A stretch of DNA of 33,000 nucleotides, taken from Botryllus schlosseri (Eukaryota). The stretch covers positions 5,208,001-5,241,000 of the forward strand of contig CM119372.1 in assembly GCA_051294905.1 (NCBI GenBank). Reading direction: 5' to 3'. Made by a program: the position numbers and the translations under genes. This document shows, in pieces, positions 12,201 through 21,000 of this stretch (its first letter is position 1; every line of letters begins with the position of its first letter). The notes beneath the pieces are model-generated. The model searched no databases. It was given only the letters and a program-made list of their open reading frames with translations, and was not told the origin of the DNA.

Positions 12201-13801
12201 CGGTGTTTTAAAACACTTTGTTTAAAACCTATTTTGAACAGTGTTTTAAACAAAGGCATTTAAAATTTATTTTTTATTTTTTCAAGTTGTAAAACTATGT
12301 CATAATTGTGTAAATACTTTCCAAAAACATGTTGTATGAGCCTACGGACAATTACCACCCGATATAGCCGACGTATATCGATACGCGAGGGTTGGAACCT
12401 TCAAAATAGTCGGTTCAACATTAATAGTAAAGATATTTCGTCAAAGGAGCTATATTTACCCTATATTTTCAATTGTCAATGTCAATCCACTATGACGTCA
12501 CAATTGAATATTCGTGACGTCATGGCTCAAAAAAACAATAAAAAACATGTTTAAAATTAGGACCTTGTTTTAAACTTGTTTGTTTTAAATTGATTTTTGT
12601 TTTAAATGCAACCATAAATACCGTTATGTTAAAATAATGTAACAGGCAATGCAGTCAAAGACGATGCCAAGGATCGGACCGAGAGCGGAGACTGTGCAGC
12701 GGCGGCAATTGTCGCGTAAACGGTAAGGACTCACACGCCAACGCTTCTACGATCACTTCCCTTTTATATGACTTTGACTTGCGCAACAGATAAGTGCTCG
12801 TCGTATAACGATAATTGGCCTTCTGTATACTGCCGCACCAACGTCAGAAATTGCCTGAGACAAGAGTTCGCCAATGTTTGCGCCGCCACGTGTTGCGGTG
12901 AGATTCGTAAGCAAGGTTCGTAAAATATTAATGTTTTCGGTCAATATAGCATGACATTTACACAGCACGTTTTTAGTGTACAGCGAATGGTCTTCTTGGG
13001 GTCGCTGTTCTGCTTCATGCGGTGGCGGATGGCACGAACGACAACGTAATTGCTTAGTGCGCCGATGGTGTCAATTCTTCGGAGAGCCCCTGCGAGAGGC
13101 TAGAGAATGTGGCCGTAGGAGCTGTTTTGCGAGAGGATCGGAACCGCTGTGTTCGGCGTCGTGTGGCGGCGGTCTGCGACAGCGCGCGTGCATCGAGAAC
13201 GAATGCAGTGCCGATCAACCGTTCGTTACCGAAGAATGCAACACGGAACCATGCCCGAACGTTATGTCCGAGTGGTCGGAATGGAGTGAATGCGCGGTGT
13301 CTTGCGGAAACGGAACGAAAAGTAGGACCAGAAACTGCACGGGAGAATTCTGCGGCGACGAAGTAACGCAGGAAAGCGCAGGGTGCAACGTTGGAGACTG
13401 CGGATTGTGGTCAGAATGGAAATATTCCGGTCAGTGTTCAGTAACCTGCGGGCTGGGCTCTATAACTAAAACAAGGTAAAGTATAGATCTTTTAATAGCA
13501 TTGATTTGCCGTGACGTTTGGGTATTCTTTGTGATCTAGAACTTGCGTGAAAGGAACATGCGAAGGTGAAAGCAAGCAAGAAGAGCTGTGCGTTGGTTCA
13601 GACTGTCCGACTGTCGGTGAGTTAGCGCGAATCGCCGTCCATATTGTGTAAGTCCTGACCAATTATTTTGTGTACGCAGAATCATACACCGTGTGTGAAG
13701 ATGGTCCGAGCATGCGGGATTATTGCCAGTTGTTGAAAGGCAATTGCAATAGCGGGTATATGGCATTCGCTTGTCCCAAAACCTGCGGGGCGTGTTCGTG
13801 A
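3270..13801 (+). CDS. Gene A: secreted multidomain protein, signal peptide-ShK-EGF-cbEGF-inactive trypsin-like domain-7xTSP1-ShK-like-4xTSP1-ShK (~1045 aa, 20 exons)
   Basis: Hand-built join(3270..3301,3365..3534,3797..3907,5794..5934,6442..6524,6590..6678,6744..6843,7646..7817,8311..8445,8971..9186,9426..9590,10530..10666,10736..10904,10973..11140,11459..11825,12646..12722,12790..12897,12977..13475,13540..13616,13680..13801). All introns are GT-AG and phase-compatible; total 3138 nt = 1045 aa + TGA. N-terminus MRILNKSSLQTIVTFLLVGCSFG-QDD looks like a signal peptide. An in-frame alternative acceptor for exon 12 exists at 10548. Confidence 0.88.
3365..3534 (+). other. Gene A exon 2: end of signal peptide plus N-terminal ShK (ShKT) domain
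   Basis: Encodes CMDNPEMTWCGTQKMHCSLPFMMKNCRKTCEIC, the six-Cys C-x-D...C...C...C-x-K-T-C-x-x-C pattern of ShKT. Confidence 0.85.
4103..4760. mobile_element. Foldback-type DNA transposon (658 bp, ~310-bp inverted arms, 7-bp TSD) in gene A intron 3
   Basis: Ends TAGGGGTC...GACCCCTA. The arms are reverse complements almost to the centre (short spacer ~4425-4445), and the element is flanked by TTGTGCA at 4096-4102 and 4761-4767. Confidence 0.85.
5287..5585. mobile_element. Probable non-autonomous element with 19-bp inverted repeats and a (CCTAA/CCCTAA)n core; HINE/Helentron-like or MITE
   Basis: GACATATGAGCATGCGACA (5287-5305) and its exact reverse complement (5554-5572) enclose GCATG-rich repeats and a telomere-like tract (~5385-5500). 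A short ACGG-A-CCGT hairpin follows. No clear TSD. Confidence 0.65.
6442..9186 (+). other. Gene A exons 5-10: chymotrypsin-fold (S1) serine protease homologue, predicted inactive
   Basis: Motifs in correct order: CG...WPWM, CAGVLVDSSWVLVAAHCV (His kept, 6668-6670), IHPNY...HNVALIKL (Asp to Asn, 7688-7690), VRPNCLP, CWALGY, CQGSTGGPLVC (Asp194 to Ser, Ser195 to Thr, 8973-8978). Confidence 0.85.
9426..12722 (+). other. Gene A exons 11-16: first TSP1 (TSR) array, 7 repeats
   Basis: Repeated W-x-x-W-x-x-W...C-S-x-(S/T)-C-G-x-G...R-x-R-x-C motifs, e.g. WNSWGSWSACSVSCGNG, WSRWSQWGPCSVTCGRG, WSEWSDWSACSVTCGRG. Confidence 0.9.
12180..12616. mobile_element. hAT-superfamily MITE (437 bp) in gene A intron 15
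   Basis: TIR TAGGGTTGCATTCAAAACAAA / TTTGTTTTAAATGCAACCATA; perfect 8-bp TSD AATACCGT (12172-12179, 12617-12624). Confidence 0.88.
12790..13801 (+). other. Gene A exons 17-20: ShK-like domain, 4 TSP1 repeats (one lacking the Trp ladder), terminal ShK
   Basis: 12790-12897 encodes CSSYNDNWPSVYCRTNVRNCLRQEFANVCAATCC. 12977-13616 encodes TSP1 repeats; the second, FARGSEPLCSASCGGG, has no WxxW. 13680-13801 encodes CEDGPSMRDYCQLLKGNCNSGYMAFACPKTCGACS*. Confidence 0.87.
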
Positions 13802-15063
13802 AGTCACCTCCTCATTTCATTCATTTCAATGCATTTTCTTTTCTATTTGCACCATGTTGTAATTCTAATTTGCTTCGATGTCTATAGGCCTATTTCTATG
13901 ACGTGTTATTTTCAATATTTTTCAAAATTAATGTAAGCGAAGGCGATTTCTATGTGGTGGTAATCAGTGAGTTATTTGAGTTAAATGGTTGGTAAGTCAG
14001 CCCAAATTCCTTTTATATAATGCACATTGCACAGGTTAGATCTGCTAGAACGTAGTCGTAGCCAGGGGAATGACAATCGGGTGGCGCATCCAGCAGAAGG
14101 CTAACAATGCTCTTCCTCCTATCAGTACAACAAACAACTCTGATACGATAGCTATAGTGTCGTTTATGAACTAACCATGACGAGTGCACACTAAATGAGA
14201 AAGATAACGTGTTGTGTACCTTCTATGACACATTGACCGGTCGCCAGGTTGTTACTACGCAGAGTACTGACCTGCACTTTATAAGTCAGAGTTCAGACTC
14301 GTATTTCACCGGTCAATAGCTATTTGACAGGTGTGTGACAGTAATAGTCTCCGGAAATCATTGTATCCTAGATCACTACATTGATTTTTATACATGAATA
14401 TATATTCTCAATTTTTCTCATTGGTATTGTCAAACATATATGACAGCACGTTGCTCAAATATGTATATTTTCGACATTGATGTGGCGATGAGACCCCATC
14501 ATATAATGCTATATTATAACGTTAATTTCAGGATATTATCGCTTCAACACAATTATAGCAGATGTTGAAATAGCTGGAATTCATGTCGAATCTAGCGCAC
14601 CTGAAAACACCGTCTCACTTTGATTCGGGGAAATAAATAGGCGGGAATTAACAGTAATAGGTGTTAGGAACGAAGAATCCTATTGGAGGTGCGCATTCCA
14701 CAGGGTCTAAGTAATGTTGTCGTCACCATGAAGAGGTTTCACTCCACAATAGTAAGCATTGTCTTCGAAAATGAACTAATATAGTAATAGAGCGCGAGAA
14801 AATAGGAAACAATGTGAGAAATATCGTCGGACGAGAGACGTTCAATTAGTTTCTAATACTTGGGATATCATTTCACAGGCATTCATGCCGTTGCATCTTT
14901 GATCGGTGAAATCGGGCATGACTCAACGTCTATTTTCGGTGCGGTCCATGATTTCCGAGAACCCGACTCATGGATGATGTGATAATGACAGGGCGTCATG
15001 GTGATTGATCTTTTCCGGCGTGATCGCCTTGGCACGGCAGGTCACACGGTCGCCACGTGACTC

Positions 15064-18000
15064 TTAACAGAGCCCGCACGATTTCTTGCAAAATCGCTTT
15101 CCGATCTCTCCCAAACAGTTGATACGATTCCTGTGACATGTCTTGTCGACGATATAATGATTTGCGCACGCTGTTGAACCTGCCAGTAGAGTTTGCGGTT
15201 TATAATCAGATTTGATACTACAATGAGCTTTGATGCTACAATAGTACATAGACACCCGATTTCGAAGGAGTATGTACTATAAATAGAACATAAGCTGTTT
15301 TTGATAGGAAATCGTTTTACCGATCTTCTGTAACACCATTAATTAACGAAACACCAATCATCCGACAGCTCAGCTTGTAGAGTAGATCGTGTTTCTGCAA
15401 GCTGAATGCAAACTCAAGCGATTACTTCAGGGACATCAGGCGGATATTTAGGCCGCTGGAAGCTGTCATACCTATTTCCCAGTCTGGGCTCATATTTAAC
15501 TATACTTTCGCTGTCGTCGGCCCCTACGCGCACCTGAAGAATGACACGGCTTCGCGATGCACTGCAGGTATTGAAGATTGTTGCCAACGCAGAGATTTGT
15601 GGAAATCGATGGAGATCCTCCGCATAACCTGAATCAAAGTCAATGTTGTCGTTGTTGTTGTCTGTGGTATTCATGGTGTTTTTCGACTACAATGGTCATT
15701 TACACCAGGCCGATATTCTTTATTATGACCCAAGGTCAACAGTCTTTTTTAAGACACCGCTTACGCGGATCATTTGGCGAGGAGGAGCCTACACAAACCT
15801 CCAACAATTTAAATGGTATTCTGGACTATACCTCGGTCGGACTCTAACCCGCAACCTATTGGCGTTGCAGATCTGGATCAATGTCGGATACGTTCAAACT
15901 GCGAAATTTGTCAAGTGTTATTTACCTTGAACGCGATCTCCTTCCTTTCCCGCAGGACCTATCGCACTGTGACCACTGAGACCAATTTGACCATTGATAA
16001 TATTGTCGACGTGCAGTGTGCGGTACCGTTGTTATATTCCTTGAACACGGTTGGTACTCATCATTCTCACCCACGCACCTATCTCCTCCGTAACATATCC
16101 TGGTTCGCATCTGGTAATTGCAGGTTGACCAGGAGGTCCACGAACCCCACGTGTCTTGGCACGGCGGTAAATGAGCACCGCAATGTGCTCTCTCGCGCGC
16201 GTTTCCAGTACACGGGACTTTGCTTTCGCACACCCTTAGACGACTGCGATAACCTTTTACTCCGCACGTTTTAGAGCAAGGGCCCCACGGCGACCACTGG
16301 GACCATTGCTGCGGGCAGTCTTTTATTTTACATCTTCTCGATTCTGTTTTAACTTTCATCACGGACGCTCCTCCGGAACGATATTGAGCTCCCTCGCCGC
16401 ACGACGCCGAGCATGATGACCAAACGCTCCACGGCACTATGGACCATGAAATTGTAAATATCAATTACGGTATACTGGTTGTCGGTGGTTAAAAGTCACG
16501 TTAGACAAGGAGATCAGTAACGCGGTATCTATACTTATTCGAAGTACTCCAGTAGATTTTGACTACTTCCAAACTCTGCTAAAGTGGTTGTGATGTTAGA
16601 CTTCTTCTACTTAACTGTTCGCAGTTTACAGTGGCCTAGAAGTATATACTTTTACTCGTACTTCAGGGGGATAGTGGAGGTACAGAACATTAGTATACCA
16701 TTGAATAATTTGTTCATATTGAAATATACTCGAATACTTTCGGTTGACACCTGTTGTAATTGTCAGCAATCAATGCAATGTTCTAAATCAGCGGTGCTTA
16801 ACCTTCTTTCCTCCAGCACCCCTTTCAAAAATTATCGGTCTCTAGCGCCCCCCATATTGTAAGGACTGTAATAAAGACAATGGGTAAGAGGGAGGGCCGT
16901 AACAGCACTTCGTCAGCCCCCCCTAAAACACAATTATCTTGCTCAACCATAGCGTGATAAACTAAATTTCTGAGGGCTTCGCCCTAGGCGCCAAAATTTT
17001 CTATAATGCATGAATGAATTGTTGTTAATGGCTTATATATGTCGCAATAAACTTTTTATCCTATCAGCCCACGTAATCAGATTATCAGTAGCGCTGAGTA
17101 AGCTGTTTCCTTGGAAAATGAAGGCCACGTAATTACTAATTAAACATATTCGAGCGTATGTCTTCGTGCATCGTGGCGTGGTAATGGCCGACCCCTAAAT
17201 ACCTATTTCTTTTTTTCTATAATTATGCATATTTTTTCGTGGGGGAGTCGTCAATACATGATGTGTAAGTTATGTTCATTCACCGAAATAATTTAGGGCA
17301 CCCTTCGAGCTGACCCCCCATCCGATTGGGGGTTTGGGTTGAAGCAGTTTCGGTCCAGGTAGTAGGTCAAAGCCCAGTCGGTCTTTTCGGGAAATATTTC
17401 GCGCTTTTCGCGCTCGAGGACCACTCGACTATAATAAACCATATAATAATTGTATGTGGTATATTCAGGGTCAAATCAAGGTTGTTATACCAACAATCGG
17501 GTACGGTCCCATACCCTGTGGTTCGAACCATCTCGAATTCACATCTCTGTGATTGGCAATACGGGGAAATTAATGGTATTGGATTTTGTTTTGGTGGTTT
17601 GTATGACGAAGTAAGTCAACTGAGAATGATATGCATACATCCACATATATCCATGTACAAGCGGCTATCGCCGTCAAAAGTGATATACAGTGCCTCGACC
17701 TACTTCGATTTACACACGCTTTGCGCTGCAGGATATAATATCTAGTTCGAAACATTTTGTTGAAAATAACCCTAGCAAGCGTGACGGCAGTGTTTTAACG
17801 GGAAATTGACGATCTAAAAGTACGCGCAATTCATTTTACATGAATTATAATAACCCACTACATTTATGAAAACATATGCAGTAAACATAGTCGCGTAGCG
17901 CGACCAGAAATTTCGAGATTTGGCATGTTTTTCGGAATGGTAATTTGCTCTGAATACTCATTAAGGATATGTCCGATCTACTAAATCATCTACTGCGAAG

Positions 18001-21000
18001 CCATTTTTCGCCAGCGCCCCCCATATCGCCCCCTTGATCCCAGCGCCCCCATATCGCCCCCTGGGCGTTTCCGCCCGTCTTCAAAATCGCCAGCGCCCCT
18101 TGGGGAGCGCTGGAGGCACGGTTAAAAACCACTGTTCTAAATTATCTATTGTTATTATTCACTGGTACTTGAGCAGAGAATCTCTTCGTTACTTCTACTT
18201 CTACTTGAGTACAAAAGTATGACTACTTTGACCACCTCTTCGCTATGGACTAACCTGGACATGACGACACAGCGCAACTCATTCGACGTCTTCGCTCTCC
18301 TTGGCACCCGACATCTCCGTACTTGCCGTTGACGCAAAACCGAAATGAATATTGCTCAGACAAATCGCAAGTTGATATGCAAGGAGTGTATTCGCCCCAT
18401 TGCGACCAATATGCGCAATCGCGATTGAAACAAGCCTAAGAAATTATCCGATAACAAGTGAAATTATTGATCAACGCGGGTTCCGTAGGCTACCGGGAGC
18501 TCTTACTCTGGATTCAGTTTTCGACCCCAGACAATTCCGCCGCGTGTTGTCGAGGCACTCTCTTTGACGAATTTGAGATCCGGGCAAACCACACACGGCG
18601 TTGCAAACTCCCCATTCATACCACGCTGTCCACCCAAGATTTGGCGGTGGGTCTAAAAGTGTTGCGTTATAGTCAGTAATGAGATAAGACATCTTCGGGA
18701 GTATCAGTCAGTATGCACAAAGTGCCAGTACAAATGTTTTCATAAGTATAGAATATAAATTATACAAACTGGCGCCCTTACAATATACAAAGCATAATTC
18801 AAGTAGAAACAATGTTTTGTCATTGTAGGGCGACCCGCAATGGAAACTTGTGAATATCTATAATAGTTCGAGGCAATTTTTGGTAATGCGATACCGTGAT
18901 TTTCAATAATTGCAAAAATAGTTGAAAGTATTTCGCAAAAGTGTTTCTTATACGTGAACGTATTCCGGTTTATATATATTATGACGATTGCGTATGAAAC
19001 TTGATGAGGCTTGCGTTGCAACGAATCGGTAGATTCCGATATAGATATCACGCCATTCTATTAGCTATTTTATGCATAGAACACCCACTCAAGCGTATAA
19101 CATACATCAGATGAAAACGCAACCGGGAATCGCTGAGGCAATGCATTTTGGCTTATCTGAACCGCAATCTGATGAGAACAAAAGTTGGATTATTAAAATT
19201 TCTGGCGTCCGTCTGCACGCTCTTTCCAGACAATATAATTGCATAGTGACATATCTCAAGATTTGCTAATTAACGGTTTAGGTCACAATGCACGCAAGCA
19301 CGCACGATATGCCCAGGTACTTTGAATTATTGCCAACGTTTCATTAATTAATCCGCATAAGCTTTTGTGTTAGTGTTATAAGTATCGATGGAAGAGTGCT
19401 CGTGAAATTCAAAAATAGGATGGTTTTGTTGAATTGTCTTGCCTTTTCTGAAAGTGCCTTCGAACTCTTTGTTACAGAAATTGATTGCATATCTCAGTCT
19501 TGCGTCTTTTCGTATCAACGCTTCCAGCCCGAATGGCCAGGTCGTGTTATACACAACAGATCCGTCAGTCAACTCGGTCTCGCCGATCAGTATATTGTTT
19601 TTGGACTCTGGTCGATTTTCTCCGAGCGGAAGCGGCGAATAATCACATATCCTAAATTAGCAAAATGAATGGCAATTATAATCCCAATACATGGGAGAAA
19701 GTTGCAGGCTTTCGCAATGTCTCTCACACGCAAAGTACATGCTGTCGTACGAAATCCACGACGTTCGTAATATCCAGCGAGGAATCTATTGGTGCCGTCG
19801 AGAATCCGAAACTTTGCGCCACCAAATATGGATCCGCTTCGTTATACTGGGCTTGCACACATTCCGTGTAAGTGTCTGTCGGTGCTGGAGTTGGCGGGTC
19901 AAAGGTTTTAACGACACGCTTATACTCAGCTGTAGGAGTAATGTATTTTAACCGACGAAACAGGTTTCATAAAAAGCTCTAACTGACTGATATCTTTTCT
20001 ATAGTCGGCCTCATACTTTTCCACGCATTGCTTAGCAGGTCCAATCAATGTGGAGGTGTTACGTAAATATACGTCAATGCATAGCTTCCAGCATTCGGCA
20101 TTGTCTTTTCCAGAAGATTCGCTGTAATAAAGTAGATGTGCCACCTAATCATTGCCCGACTTATGATAACAGTAATATTTTCTCCTTACGTGCATTCGAT
20201 CGTTCCAGAGTAGAAGAACCACAGCGTTTTCAAGATAGTAAAGTCGACCACGCTAGCCCAATCCCATATCTCTGGGACGGTATCGTAAAGACAATCTCGG
20301 AAATAACGCCGCAGTATCGTGTACTCCGTTTCAAACTGCTCGGCCTGTCGCTTTCGCCTACTCCTGCCAATTGAGTTCGTCGCGTTCGGCGACTACAAAG
20401 GGTTCAGTGGGAACAATTGAAATGTTATCGCCGGTGTACCGTATAATAGGATAGGTATATATACCGTTGTTGAGCTGTAGTCGTAATCCGAATAATCGTA
20501 CTCGTCAACTTCTTCGTCCGTATTTCCGCTGTCAGGAGTCTGGGTATGACCAGCGTGACATCCTGTGTATAAATTGCTTCCATCATAAAAGTGGAGGTAT
20601 GCTTAAACGGTCTGATATATATTCGGCATTGTTATAACAGGGGTCGCCAACTCAAAACGGGTCGCGGGCCACTTTTCAAATTTCGTAGAGGCCGCGGGCC
20701 CCAAGAATGCAATATGAGACAAAAATGCCACACAGTTTAGCGACCACATTTTTCAAAATTTAAGCCAGTACAGCGCTGTGCTCCCTGTCGTTGGCGACTG
20801 TCATAATAGGTACCACAAAAGAATGAATAGTTTAGAGAAGTAGCACAAGTACAACTAGAAATATCATGATAATCACTTTCGTTTTATTTTGAACTATGAG
20901 CTGCGCACGATACCTTGTCATCGACTAAGCACTAGGTAGCCAATATTGGGGCTGGCAAGACTCGTTACCGTAGCTGAAAGACTGTCTCCTAAAGCTTAAT

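Larger units (their letters stand above)
15064..18652 (-). other. Gene B exons 7-11: 6 TSP1 repeats plus C-terminal ShK
   Basis: GWTAWYEWGVCNAVCG, YWSQWGEYTPCISTC, PWSVWSSCSASCGEG, QWSQWSPWGPCSKTCG, TWGSWTSWSTC and QWSNWSQWSQCDRSCGKG. Last exon CANHYIVDKTCHRNRINCLGEIGKRFCKKSCGLC* is a ShKT pattern. Confidence 0.88.

Noticed and set aside
15736-15860. Minus-strand frame ...RKRCLKKDC-TGA-PW resembling a TSP1 end with a possible selenocysteine
   Set aside because: No phase-compatible acceptor joins it cleanly to exon 9, the true second half of the repeat is exon 15534-15628, and no SECIS was identified.
15813-16274. 153-aa plus-strand ORF (also 9403-9585, 10827-11123, 11596-11844, 31039-31314 on the opposite strand of exons)
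   Set aside because: Antisense shadows of real GC-richer coding exons; no motifs of their own.
17500-17545. GGTTCGAACC B-box-like motif suggesting a tRNA or SINE
   Set aside because: No convincing A box at proper spacing and no cloverleaf; the motif is a simple palindrome inside a transposon.
18719-18743. Minus-strand MKTFVLAL followed by a 66-nt GT-AG intron into the first TSP1 exon, a possible independent start for the tail
   Set aside because: The hydrophobic stretch is too short for a signal peptide and the donor (T/GTGCAT) is weak; kept only as an alternative testable by 5' RACE.
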